From Octopus vulgaris (taxonomy: Eukaryota), in assembly GCA_951406725.2 (NCBI GenBank), contig OX597815.1, positions 81,716,001 through 81,780,000 on the forward strand: DNA of 64,000 nt, read 5' to 3'. A model generated the notes under the pieces. It worked only from the letters and a program-made list of their open reading frames with translations. It was not told where the DNA came from and did not search any database. Positions 30,296 through 43,347 of the stretch are shown here, in pieces. The stretch's first letter is position 1. Every line of letters starts with the position of its first letter. The translations under genes and the position numbers were made by a program.

Positions 30296-31700
30296 GGTGG
30301 TGGCTGTGGCGTTGGTTGTAATAGTGTGGCGACAGTGATAGTGTGAGGTTGGTGGTGTAGAAGTTTAGTGTATTGTATTGTATTGTAGTGGTGGTGGTGG
30401 CGTCGGTGGTGATTGTGGTGGTGATGGTAGTTGTGGTTGTTGTTGTGGCGGTAGTGGTAGTGGTGGTGGTGGTGGTGGTGGTGGTAGTGGTGGTAGTGGT
30501 GATGGTGGTACTGGTGATGTGGTAGTGGTGATGGTGGTACTGGTGATGGGGGTAGTGGTGATGGTGGTAGTGGTGATGGTGGTAGTGGTGATGGTGGTGA
30601 TGGTGGTAGTGGTGATGGTGGTAGTGGTGATGGTGGTACTGGTGATGGTGATAGTGGTGTTGGTGGTAGTGGTGATGGTGGTAGTGGTGATGGTGGTGAT
30701 GGTGGTAGTGGTGGTGGTGGTAGTGGTGATGGTGGTAGTGGTGGTAGTGGTGTTGGTGGTAGTGATGATGGTGGTAGTGGTGTTGGTGGTGGTAGTGGTG
30801 GTGGTGGTGATGGTGGTGGTGTTGGTGGTGGTGGTGATGGTGGTAGTGGTGATGGTGGTAGTGGTGTTGGTGGTAGTGGTGATGGTGGTAGTGTGTGATG
30901 GTGGTAGTGGTGATGGTGGTAGTGGTGATGGTGGTGTTGTGGTGGTTTGGCGGTGGTGGTGGTGGTGGTTGTGGTTTTGGCGGTGGTGATGGCTGTGGTT
31001 GTGGTGGTGGTGGCAATTGTGGTGGTGATGGTTGTGATGATGATGATGATGATGATTATGTTGACGATGATGTCGATGAAGATGATGATGATGATGATGG
31101 TAATAATGATCATGGAGTGTGGTGGTGGTGCCGATTGCAGAGTAGTGGTTGTAGTGCGAGAGTGGTATTTTATGACTTTACGTTCTTGGTAATGGAGGCA
31201 GTGCGGGGAAGCTGGTAGTAATGATGGTGAGAGTTGAGGTGGGGAGTGAGGCAGCGGTGGTGATGGAGGTCAGGGTAATGGAGGTGGTAGTGATGGTAAT
31301 GGTAGTGGTAGTGGTTGTGGTGGTGGTGCTAGTGATGGAGATGATAGTGGTGGTAGTGATGGTGATGGTGACGGTGGCGGTGATGTAGGTGGCGGCGGTG
31401 GTGATAGTAATGGTGATGATGATGGTGGTGGTGATGGCGATGGAGGTGGTGGTGGTGGTGGTGGTGGTGCTAGTGCTGGTGATGATAGTAGTGATAGTGA
31501 TGGTGATGGCGACGGTGGTGGTGATGTAGGTGGCGGCGGTGGTGATAGTAATGTTGATGATGGTGGTGGTGGTGATGGCGATGGAGGTGGTGGTGGTGGT
31601 GGTGACGGTGCTGTGATGGCAGCGGCGGTAGTGGTAGTTGATGGCGATGGTGGTGATAGTGGTTGTGACGGGAGTGGTGGCGGTAGCGGTGCTGCTGCTG
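30235..31700. repeat. (GGT/GAT/AGT)n tract with 15-bp higher-order unit GGTAGTGGTGATGGT and a ~135-bp duplication near 31320-31600
   Basis: Read directly. Confidence 0.93.
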
Positions 31701-31855
31701 ATGACTGCACGGTGGCGATGTGCGCATGTGGTGTCGGTTATTGCAGTTACTTAACCCAAGCTCAGCCCTAATTGAAATCAATGATAAAACACAAAACAGT
31801 TGTGAATATTCCACCTATTTAAATGGCATAGTATACCTCGGACTTCATTATCCAA

Positions 31856-32152
31856 TCTTTATATATAAAACTGAAGTTGTGTGTGTGAGTGTCTGTCTAC
31901 TCCGATTTAGATTCCTAACTACTCCCACATTTTGCGGTGCAGTTTAACCAAAAGCGGGTATCTTATAGTCGTGATTCATATCGAGCCCTTCTGGGTATTA
32001 GCGCGCGTCTACGATGAGTCTACGATTAAAAAAAAATTACCATCATTTTTCCGCATTTTTAATGCACTTTTTGCTCGGCTTAGTAACTCTCTAAAAATGC
32101 TTATATAATTATTTCCCTTACAAACCCGAGCAACGCCGGGCGATACTGCTAG
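31856..32152 (+). mobile_element. Non-autonomous Helitron, 297 bp, intact ends
   Basis: A|TC 5' end (TCTTTATATATAAAA); GC hairpin CCCGAGCAACGCCGGG at 32125-32140; CTAG|T 3' end; no TSD. Confidence 0.88.
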
Positions 32153-32309
32153 TTTGTTATATTTTCTTAAAGATCGCTAGGTGTGTTTTGAGGATGATTT
32201 GGTTGCCATTTCTAGCAGATCGAACAACCGTGGTGAGTCTACACAGGTATTCATTAATGGTACTACAATAGAGGTTGTGGTGGAAGAGGTGGAGGTGGTG
32301 TTGATGGTT

Positions 32310-33888
32310 AATAATCCTTTCTACTATAGGCACAAGGCCAGCAATTTGAGGGGAGAAGCAAATCGATTACATCAACCCCAGTATTCAACTGGTACTTATT
32401 TTATGGATAACGAAAGGATGAAAGGCAAAGCCGACAACGGCGGAATTTGAACTCCGAACGTAAAGACGGACGCAAATGCCGCTAAGCATTTTGTCCGGCG
32501 TGCTAACAATTCTTTTCTATTCTAGGTGCAAGGCCCGAAATTTTTGGGTAGAGGGGGTGGCGGGGCAGTCGATTAGATCGATCCCAGTGTTTAACTGATA
32601 CTTATTTCATTGACCTCCGAAAGAAAGAACGGTAAAGTTGACTTCGGCGGAATTTGAACTCAGAACGTAAAGACGGACGCAAATGTATTTGTCCGGCGTG
32701 CTAACGTTTCCGCTAGCTTGCCGCCTCGGATTGCGTTTTGTAACATTAAATCCATTGATGATACCTAAGCTACATTTAGACAATGGATCCTTCTACAGTG
32801 TCTACACAGTAATAATCCTTTGTAGAAAAGGCACAAGGCCTGTAATTTGTGGAGAGAGAGCTAGTCGTTTACATCGACCCCAGTCACTGGTTCTTAATTT
32901 ATCGACCCCGAACGATGACAGGTAATGTCATCTTCGGGGGGAATTTCGACTCAGAATGTAAAGACAGATAAAGGGTCCTGCTCAAACACATAACGCATCG
33001 TGGGGATTCGAACCCAAGACCTCACGCTTGTGAGTAGAATACCCAAAACATTAAATCCATTGATGATACCTAAGCTGCATTTAGACAATGGATCCTTCTA
33101 CAATGCCTACACAGTAATAATCCTTTGCAGAAAAGGCACAAGGCCTGTAATTTGTGGAGAGAGAAAGCTAGTCGTTTACATCGACCCCAGTCACTGGTTC
33201 TTAATTTATCGACCCCGAACGATGACAGGTAATGTCATCTTCGGGGGAATTTCGACTCAGAACGTAAAGACAGATAAAGGGTCCTGCTCAAACACATAAC
33301 GCACCGTGGGGATTCGAACCCAAGACCTCACGCTTGTGAGCCGAATACCCAAACCAATGAGCCACGCACCTTCGTTTGGAATGCATAGAGCTGGAGCCAT
33401 TTTGGTGTTCGACTCACTCAACTATTCTGCCAGCTGACCACTTTTAAGTAATGGCTTTAGATTTAGATTTAGGCACGAGACCTGTAAATTTAAGTGAAGA
33501 GGTCAGTCGACAAAATCGATTACTGTTAAATTATTTTATCAACTTCAAAATGATGAAAAAATTGATCCGGGCACGATTTGAACTCAGAATTTAAAGAGTC
33601 GGAAGAAATGTCAGAAAGCATCTTATTTTTTCGTCGCTCCAACGACTCTTCCAACTCGTCGCCTTTAATAGTTTCTGAGTTTGGTTCAAGATCAACAATT
33701 TCGAGAGGAAGAGGTAATCGATTTTATTGATCCCAATACTTAACCGATAGTTTAATTTTATCGACTGCAGTACATGAACCGCAAAGTTAAACTCGGTGGA
33801 ATTTAAACTCAGAACGCACAGAACCGGAGCAAAAGTATCGGAACGGATATTGTCCAATGCTCAAACGATTCGGTCAGCTCACCGCCGT

Positions 33889-33959
<71 letters not shown>

Positions 33960-34700
33960 CAACATCGATGACGTTAGTGTCGCCAACGGCATGAACAAGA
34001 GACATGGTTTCAAATTTTGTTACAAGGTCTCCACTTTGCCGGGAGACAACATCGATGGCTGACAACATCGACTTCAGTACTTGACAGGTACTTTAATTTA
34101 CTGACCCCCAAACAATGAAAAACAAAATTGACACCGGCGAAATTTTGAACTCAAATCGTAAGGAATCGGAAGAAATGCCGCCAAGCACTTTGTCCGATTC
34201 TACCATCTCTTCGCCTTAACAATAACAATTTCAAATTGATTTCAAATTTTGGCACAAGGTCAGCAATTTCGTGAGGTGGGGCAAATCGATTACATCGAAC
34301 CCAGTGCTTAATTGGTGCTTATTTTATCGACCCCGATGGATAAAAGGCAAAGTTGACCTTGTGGGAAATTTGAACACAGGACGTAGAGACGTTCGAAATG
34401 CCGCTAAGCATTTTATCCGGCGTGCTAACAATTCTGTCAGCTCGCCGCCTCAGAGAAAGTCGTTAGCAGCTCGCTGCAGAGAATTAAATAATAGTAATTC
34501 TTTCTGCTATAGGTAGAAGGCCTGAAGTTTAGGGGCATGTAGCTAGTCGATTACATCGGCCCGAGTAGTCAACTAGTATTTATTTTATCGATTTCGAAAG
34601 GATGAAAGGCTAAGTCGACCTCGGTGGTATTTCAACTCAGAGCGTAAAGAGTCGGAAGAAATGCCGTTAAGCAATTTGTCCGACGTGCTTACGATAATTA
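32310..34700 (-). mobile_element. Cluster of about nine co-oriented family-B SINE copies
   Basis: Variants of 'atcgacccc...aaagtcgac...ggaatttgaactcagaacgta' recur about every 200-300 bp. Further copies at ~14370-14730, 16630-16840, 27170-27605 and 63590-63775. Confidence 0.85.
32742..33352. repeat. Recent ~305-bp tandem duplication
   Basis: Units start 'aacattaaatccattgatgatacctaagct' at 32742 and 33047; few substitutions. A tRNA-like SINE head (GGTTCGAATCCC, minus strand) is complete only at ~33281-33372. Confidence 0.93.
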
Positions 34701-34906
34701 ACAGTTGCAACAGTTGCAACAATAACAAGAACAACGATAAACAACAGCAACAACAGCATAAAAAATCCCAGTTGCAGGGACAAAACAAACAAAAATAATA
34801 AGATAAATTCAATTCCGCTATCACTTATCACATCCACCATCGACTTCATCACCATCATCATCATTTCCATCTCCATCAAGCCGCTACAGCTCTGTCCACC
34901 ACCACC

Positions 34907-34938
<32 letters not shown>

Positions 34939-35572
34939 CAACATCAACAGCAACAACTCCACCACCACCACCACCACCACCACCACAATGAAAATCAACA
35001 ACAACAACTCCACCACCACAACCACTACCACCACCACCACCACCACAATGAACAGCAACAAAATCCGAAACAGCTCCAACGACTGAGGCCACGTTTCTTA
35101 TTTCTCTGTAACATTTGCAATGATAATAAAGTTGGTGCTGCGCCGCCCACACGTTTGCCTTTCAGCATTTCTGCATGCGGTGCACAAGTTCGTGCCATTT
35201 TCACATGCGCAGTTAGCATGTATACACAGACGAACATATGTGTTTCCATTAGCAACAGCCATGATAAAGCGATGCGGCTAGTGGCGGCGATATTGCTAGC
35301 GGGGCGGGAAAAACGGTCGTGGTGGTGGTGGTGGTGGTTGTGGTGGTGGTGGTGGTTGTGGTGGTGGTGGTGGTGTGGTGGTGGTGGCGGTGATGGCGGA
35401 TGTTCATGATGTTCATGATCGCTCACAATGATGATAGCAGATCCTGAAGTGGAAATGGCGACGACGATTATGATGATGGTGGAGGTGGCATTATTTGTTA
35501 TGGTAATGATGATGGTGATGATTATAGTGATGATGACGAGAAAGAGAATATCAAGGTAGGCTTAGAGTAGTA

Positions 35573-35607
<35 letters not shown>

Positions 35608-35751
35608 ATGGCAGCAGCAGCAGTTAAGTGAAGAAATTTATCTCCCGACCAATAACCAAAAGAAATTCACCCTCTCTATACAGTACACATACGTACACGC
35701 GCGTGCACGTGCGCATGTATACACACATACACACCTATACACACACACATA

Positions 35752-35792
<41 letters not shown>

Positions 35793-35885
35793 ATGTACGT
35801 ACAAACTCAAATATTCACTCATTTACACGTCACACACTCACGCCCCTTATACATACACACGCGCGCACGTGCAAGTCAACACACA

Positions 35886-35933
<48 letters not shown>

Positions 35934-36086
35934 CAAAGAAGCAGAAGCATATCACTCCCCACCAAACTCAAGCCACTTTAGACTCACACATTCACACATA
36001 TACGTAGTCCGAAAATTAAACACTTAACAAGACGGTAATCAAAGAAAAGAAAAACAAAACAACAGAATATGCATCGCACAAAATAC

Positions 36087-36177
<91 letters not shown>

Positions 36178-37122
36178 GTCTATCTATCTATCTATCTATC
36201 TATATATATATATATATATATACACATGTGTGCTTGAGTTTGCTTGAGTGTGTGTGCATGTGTATGTGTTGTTGTTGTGTGTGTGTGTGTGTGTGTGTGT
36301 CTAACACGCGATCCGACAGAATGGCAATGTGTATTAGCTGCTTAATTATCTCGAGGTCCGTAATTATTTAATAAGGGAAGCGGAAGGTTGGATGTCAGCG
36401 ACCAGTTCTTCCCAAATGTCATTTTAGCCAAGTCCACTTCCAATTTTATTTTATGAGTGAAACAAAAAAGTCGAAAGAATCCGTATCTCGGCCCTTGGTT
36501 AAAGCTTGTTTCAAAATGTCAGCATTCCATACCCGTATACCCGATAAAGAAAGAGTACAAAAAAAAAAAGGTACCAAAAAAAGATGAAATAATTTTTTTT
36601 AACTTTTATATTCTACTTGTTTCAGTCATTGGATTGCGGTCATGTTGGGTCACCGCTTTGAAGGGTTTCAGCAGAACAATTCGACATCAGTCGTTTTGTC
36701 TTAAAGCCTCTTTGCTGAACCGCTGGATAACACTGTTTCTTTCCACCAAATTCACTCACAAGACATTGAGCTGCTTGGGGCTATAGTAAAAGATGCTTGC
36801 CCATGTTGCCGCGCAGTGGGACTGAAACTGAAACCACGTGGTTGTAAAGTGAGCTTCTGTACACCATTTGTTTCGTTTTTTTCTTCTTCCTCTTTTTGGT
36901 CTTGATGTAAGCAAAATTTTAGTTTTTCTTTATCCCACCTCTCTACCGCTTTATCGACTGCTCCATTCTCTTCCATCTTCTGGAGACTTACCACTTGTCC
37001 CCAGCCTCTTTTTTTATGAACCTCCATGTGTAGTAAAAATTATTGTTGTAACTGCTACTGTTGCGATTACAACAGTCGAGGTCTTGGTAGCAACAATGAA
37101 AGGTGACGTTCAGCTCTCGTTT

Positions 37123-37392
37123 CTACCCCCATCTCCCGCCGCCAACTCGTGGGCAGAAAGTTCTCGAATGGTAGGCTTTACTGCAAATATAGCATTCAAG
37201 TTTTGTACTCTCGACGATAATCTGTACCTGCTCATCCTTCAAAATATAAATAATTAGTGGTGCCAGATCTTCAGGGAGAACTAATACTTGGAACTCTCCT
37301 GATATCCTTGCTCGGTTCTGCCGGGAATATGATCGACTTGTGTCCGATGATTGCCCCGATTCTTCTGCTGTTATTGTCCCACTGGTCTGATC
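37123..37392 (-). pseudogene. LINE ORF1 (gag-like CCHC zinc knuckle) fragment, L1/Tx1-like
   Basis: 89 open codons without ATG ending QVQIIVESTKLECYICSKAYHSRTFCPRVGGGRWG*; CX2CX4HX4C motif. Confidence 0.6.
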
Positions 37393-38099
37393 ACTCTATG
37401 ACGTGACTCTTAGATGCTATTTGTTGCAAGTCAAGTAATCACATTGAGACGCCCATGCCTGTTCGTTCTACTCTAGAAATAATACCTTACCGGCATACAG
37501 CCATGCAGTAGTTCACGTGTATGAGAGTCCATTCGGTTCATCATAAAACCACTATTCTTTAAATTACAATGTGTCTACGTTGCATGTGAGTGAACCTACA
37601 TACAATGTAGACATCTACTAACAAGCCTTCATCCATGAACATTCTCCAGTAAGGATACGACAGTCTTACCTTCCTCAACATTGCAGATACACAATCACGG
37701 CATAGATAAAGTCAAAGGTTGTTGCGATTTACTGGGATTTAAACAAGTATTATTAACCAGGACAATTCATTATTCCCATTCGTATTTATCATTGCTTTAC
37801 TCCGCGCTGTGTTATATATGATGAAAGAACAAACCAAGGTAACACCGAGTGAAATGTAATGAAGGAATCAACCGGCTAATGTTCATAGAACACCTTAAAC
37901 TTTAGTCGAAAATCGAGAAAGATAAATTCTTTGATGTTGTGTGATAGAATTTTTAAGAGATATTAGGGTGTAATTTGGTATTAACAAGTGTACAATATTT
38001 GGAATATTCCTTGGGAAAATGATTAAATCTCGTGAATCACATTTCACAAGTATTAAGACAATGGGATCATCGAAAGGAATCATCATGATCACGATCACC

Positions 38100-38352
38100 A
38101 CCACCACCACCACCACTTAACGTCCGTTTTCCATGCAGGCATGGGTTGGACGGGCTAGAGAGCGGTTCGGCCTCCATTTTCTGTTTCGGCATGGTTTCGA
38201 CGGTTGGACCCCTTTCCCAACGTTGATCTCTTTGCTGAGTGTGCAGAGTGTACAGGTGCTTTTACGTGGCATCAGCACGGAAGCTTTTAGGTGACACCGG
38301 TACAGGCGCTTTTTGGTGGCACCGGCACGGGTGCATTTACGTGGCACCGGCG
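38100..38352 (-). mobile_element. SINE with RTE-like 3' tail and internal ~25-30-bp repeats
   Basis: 'ttaacgtccgttttccatgcaggcatgggttggacgg' next to a trinucleotide tail; repeated 'gtgc(a/t)tttacgtggcaccggc' units. Family assignment from recall. Confidence 0.6.
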
Positions 38353-40937
38353 AAGGTTATATATATTTAATTGGACGACGAGCTGATGGAAACAAAAGAA
38401 TAACGATAGAGACAAATATAAGAAGAAGGTCAGGAAAGCTCATAGAAATAAGACTAAACAGAATGAACATCATTAAAAGAACCAACCTGTGGGTATTCCT
38501 TATTTTGAGACATTCTGCAGATTTTCTTTTTGCAGTGGCCAGAAAATGAATTGGTTGGAATGGTTAGACATACAAGAAGTATTTTTAACAATGCACAATA
38601 GGGTTACATTGACAAAGGAACAGAATGAATAGAATGAGTACATATAGCAATATAAAGAAAACAGAGGGTTACTCAATGTAAAAGACACAGTACACTTAAC
38701 AATTATAAAGCCGGAGAGGCATGTAAAGGGAATGTGAGGAGGGTGGGGTGGAGGGTCTTATATTTGCTGTCAGGAAGATTTATGGCGTTTGCACAGAAGC
38801 AGCAAAAAAGATTACAATAAACAAAAACAAAACCAACTAAAAAGGAAAATAATGATGTAAAACTTTGAAAAGAAAAAGTGTTACAAATTCTGTTTGTCAG
38901 GCAAACAGAAGACATAACTGCAGAAGAACAGTTGGCTTGACTAAAATCTGGAGGATTAAAGAAGGGGAACAAAATCCCCTGATTACAGTTGCGCAAGAAC
39001 AAGCAATTAGATAAACCTTGCTGAAACAAAAATAGACAGACGCCAGCAAGATTGTAAGTGTCGGATATACAGAAAACTAGACACGCATATATCATGATGT
39101 GCGTGTGTGTGCGCGCGTACAGCTAGTTGTATGAATACAGCAAGACGCAACACATAGGATATAGAATAAAATCGGACAAGAAAAGGGAAAAGGTTCCCCG
39201 GGATATTAATAGGAAATATGAATGGAAAAATAGCAGTCTTCAACCAGAAATTGTTACAGAAATTGCTTGCTGCTGTTATAGAAGGGTTTATTGTAGAAAC
39301 TGACCGTGTAATAAATATAGGCATGGCAATCAGATATTCATTCATTTTGTCTTATTTTGCTTCCAGTCCTTGAATTGCAGCCATTCGGGGACACCATTTT
39401 TCAAGGGTTTTAGTCAATTATATCGACCGCAGTTCTTAGACTGGTACACATTTTATTGATATATATTTATGGAATGGCTAAGCCATCGTTTTGGGTATAT
39501 CTCTTTTAGGAAATTATTTTGGCGTCATAAATACCACGAATTATTTACACCAGTAGAAGCATACACACGCACATGCACAAGCACACACACAAACAGACGA
39601 TATTTCCCACAGTTCCCCGCAGACCAAACTGTGGTGGAAAAACAGAAGCACTTTACCAAACTCGCGCAGTATGTTCAGAAAGCGGATCTATATGGTTGCT
39701 AATCGAATTTGTTATTCATACAACAATAGCTGTGCCCATTATAGAGAAAAACAAACCAATGTAAACAAGAAAAGACCGAAAAGTATTTGTATTTGACTAA
39801 AAAGGATATAAGGGAGGAAGTCGTTCCTGTCACAGAAACAGTAGAATAAAAACTGAAAAAAAGAAAAAAAGTAAAGTAAAAACCAGTGGCCTAAATGATA
39901 GGAATATACTGGAAATGGAAACCAGAAAGTGATTGTGTCTGTAATGAAAAAGAGTCCTTCGTAATGTTCTTGAGAATTAAAGAAAATTCTCGGTAAATTC
40001 CGAGCCGAAGAAGGAATTGCCACAGAATAGTTTGGTCTACAAAAATAAACAACCATCTTTCTGAAATCACATTCTCAGTTTGACGTAGATACAGTCAATA
40101 TACCTGAACCTCACTTATTCTAAAGACGGGATAGTCATGGCTAGGTCACTTTTTCAGTCCGCGCTAGACAATGGTGCAAGGTCTGATTGGAGGCCAAAAA
40201 AATCTTTTTGACGAAACGATTCGTTATTACTCGATCTGCTAAAAAAAAAAAAAAAAGCAGCCACATTCCTACCAAATCACCAAATCATGACCTACTGTCT
40301 TAAAGGGGCATATTTGATAATATGCAAGGCAAGTAAAATTATACTAAATCTAACTTTGAAAATAGACGTGATGATAAAAGATCGTATCACGTTTGATCAT
40401 AAATTTGTCTGCTCAATTAAAGTGAATCTGTGGCTGAACAACAGAAGCAACAATAACAGCAACAACAACAACAACAATAACAGTAACAGCATCCAGCCAG
40501 TCTGCCAGCTATTTGTTGGTACTCAAAGAAAATATCAGTCGTTCGTTCTAAGCTGTTTTCAACTTATTGTCATTCTCAGTCACACCCTCTCACCACGGAA
40601 AGTGACCCAAAGGTGACATTAAGCTGACCTGTGGCTGACCTCAGAACACTAATGGACAATCCGCTGGAATTTCTGGCGAGTGACTACTGTGTTTTTTAAA
40701 GAATACTATTTATTTATTTATTTATTTATAATTTTCTTTCCTTTCCTTTCCTTGTTTTATTTCAATGAATGTTGAGAAAGCACAGCTGAACGTCTGCCTC
40801 AAATTATAAAGCAGAAGTCCCGTTGTATATACGAGGAAGGGTTGTGTGTGTGTTTGTGCGTGTGTGTATCTATATAAATGTATGTATATGTTTGTAATTG
40901 TACATACACACACACACACACACACTTGTTTATACGT

Positions 40938-41031
40938 GCGCGTCGTTGTGTGGTAAGAAGTTTATTTCCCAACCACATAATTCCGGGTTCAGTTCCACTA
41001 CGGTAGACGGAAACTGAAAAGGAGCCCGTCA

Positions 41032-41108
<77 letters not shown>

Positions 41109-41310
41109 GTCTGTCTGTCTGTCTGTGTTTGCCTGGCTGTCTGTCTGTCTCTCTTTTCTTCCCTTTTACGATCCCTCTTGATCGAAAACCTACGCCACCC
41201 CCTTTTTTTTGTTTCTTTTGTTTTTTGTTTTTTTCATCCCCCAAAAGAAAAGCTCTACCTTGTAACTTGTCCCATCTGTGTGCAGCCCTGTGTGGCCAAT
41301 ACAGAAACTA

Positions 41311-41384
<74 letters not shown>

Positions 41385-41385
41385 G

Positions 41386-41443
<58 letters not shown>

Positions 41444-41768
41444 GAGAGTTGCTTATTTGTAAAAAAAATATATAGCATGTGACTTCATTGACCGAGATTA
41501 CCGTGGTCTTTTCCGTAGGCTTTTCTTACCACGGGTAAACCTCACCTGTCCTCCCCTTTACACTTTATATTGACATTTCTGTGATAACGATCCCTATTGA
41601 TCGATTTTTTCTTTTTCCTTTTATTTTTAACCCCCCCCCCATTTTTTTTCCTTTTACGATCCCTTTTGATCGAAAACCAAACCCCCTTTTTTTATCCCCC
41701 AAAAAGAAAAGCTCTACCTTGTAATTTGTCCCGTCTGTGTGCAGCCCTGTGTGGTTAATAAAGAAACA

Positions 41769-41853
<85 letters not shown>

Positions 41854-42068
41854 GTGTGTGTGTGTGTTTGTGCCTGTATTTCTCCCACACAATCGCTTGA
41901 CAACCGGTGTTGGTGTACTTACATCCCGTAACCTTAGCTGTTCGGCAAAAGTGATCAAGAGAATGCTTAAAAAAAGTACTGGGGGCAATTGATTTGTCTA
42001 AAATCTCTTCAAGGTGTTGCTGCAGCATGGCTGCAGTCTAGTGACTGAAACAAGCAAAAGATAAAAGA
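40938..42068 (+). mobile_element. Family-A SINE split by (TATC)n and two related retroelement 3' ends (~41150-41310, ~41445-41768)
   Basis: SINE head 40938-41030, tail ~41855-42068; inserts share 'ccccaaaagaaaagctctaccttgtaa...gtgtgcagccctgtgtgg..aata(a/c)agaaac' followed by (TATC)n. Confidence 0.8.
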
Positions 42069-42121
42069 TATTGCTATGTATGTATTTGTAATATAATATG
42101 TGACAATTATTCGGTAGCCAT

Positions 42122-42182
42122 GATAAAACTCCGAGTTTCGGATGTCGGGGCGGAAACCTGCACCGGCATCTCTTCAGTCATC
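42122..42182 (-). ncRNA. Hammerhead ribozyme motif (type I topology, minimal stem III)
   Basis: GATGA CTGAAGA GATGCCGG...CCGACATC C GAAA CTCGGAG TT TTATC: stem I GATGA/TTATC, long stem II, GUU triplet. Confidence 0.6.
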
Positions 42183-42269
42183 GAGGCAATTAAAATATGC
42201 TATGAAAAAAATAAATTCCTCTATTTACATAATATCGAGGTCTCTTTCATTCTTTTGTTGTCTTACCAT

Positions 42270-42330
<61 letters not shown>

Positions 42331-42332
<2 letters not shown>

Positions 42333-42780
42333 AAAATTCTATAATTATGAGTATAATTACTAGGTTGTCCCAAAAGTTCGTAAACACTTCCGAAAATTGA
42401 ATTTTTACTCGCCAAATACTAACAAAAACAACAAAAATTATTCCTCAAAATAAAGACCATTATTTTCCAAGACTTTCTACGAACTTTTGGGACAATCTTA
42501 TATAATTAGGGTTCAGCAAAATTTGCTTTACCACATACCGAAATTTTAAAATATCAGTTAAACTACTACTTTACTAACATAAAAAAATCTGATTAATCAG
42601 AGCCGAGTGGATTCGTTATTTTATCTCTTTACTTGCATGAGTTGTTGAGTATTGCTGTTTGCGAGATTATCTTTTGATAGTAAAATAGAAGTTTAACTGC
42701 TATTTCTAAATTTCGGTATGCGGTGAAGCAAATTTTGCTGAACCCTAATTATAATTATACTCATATTTATAGAATTTTTG
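42331..42780. repeat. ~100-bp inverted repeat (42331-42576 including insert, vs 42678-42780)
   Basis: taattagggttcagcaaaatttgctt...cataccgaaattt pairs with aaatttcggtatg...aagcaaattttgctgaaccctaatta. Confidence 0.9.
42360..42500. mobile_element. 141-bp Tc1/mariner-type MITE with TA TSD
   Basis: TIRs ggttgtcccaaaagttcgta / tacgaacttttgggacaatc; TA at 42358-42359 and 42501-42502; empty site visible in the opposite arm of the inverted repeat. Confidence 0.88.
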
Positions 42781-42868
42781 TATAAGTTTACCGATAATGG
42801 CTCTTTTAACATACCGAACTACTTGTTAAAATTATTAATTATAATTAATTCATTAATGAATTTTACCC

Positions 42869-42940
<72 letters not shown>

Positions 42941-43291
42941 ATATATAGCAATAATAAATCTCAGCGAGATGTAAACAGTAGCAGCATGACATCGTAAAGT
43001 ATATTTGCCACCTAAATAGGGCTGATCCATATAGGACGATGCTACTGTAGTTTATAGCCCCAGGAAGACATCTCAAGCTGGCTGTGTCTGATCAGCATTT
43101 GCAAAGGGAAATTATCCTTCCCATCTCTAGCCTTAAGTGATACTCGGAGAGTCGAGCTCTGAACTTTTATGCTTCTTTTTTTTTCTTCTCTCTTTCCATC
43201 ATCTCCTTATTCTCTTACTCCCTTGCTCTATGTTGTCATCGTACAGATGTATACGATTCTAATTTTCCATATATATTCCTTTCCCCTATTT

Positions 43292-43347
43292 GTCTCTGAT
43301 GACGGAATATCCAATTCTCGGGGATATCCCAGAAACAGCTGTAAAAT
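43292..43347 (+). ncRNA. Degenerate hammerhead ribozyme motif
   Basis: GTCT CTGATGA CGGAATATCC...GGATATCCCA GAAA CAGCTG TA AAAT; palindromic stem III, eroded stem I. Confidence 0.5.

Noticed and set aside
30175-31814. Extensin-like Pro-rich or His-rich ORFs up to 312 aa
   Set aside because: Open in several frames on both strands because of (GGT)n periodicity; no splice or homology support.
33281-33372. tRNA gene (GGTTCGAATCCC T-loop, minus strand)
   Set aside because: No convincing full cloverleaf; it continues into SINE-like body sequence, so it is treated as a SINE head.
32310-34700. Repeat-spacer appearance suggesting a CRISPR array
   Set aside because: Units are ~200-bp diverged SINEs with irregular spacing; no cas genes; eukaryotic context.
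37660-37810. Strong minus-strand donor AAG|GTAAGA with upstream acceptor
   Set aside because: Stops in all three frames; could only be non-coding and has no other support.
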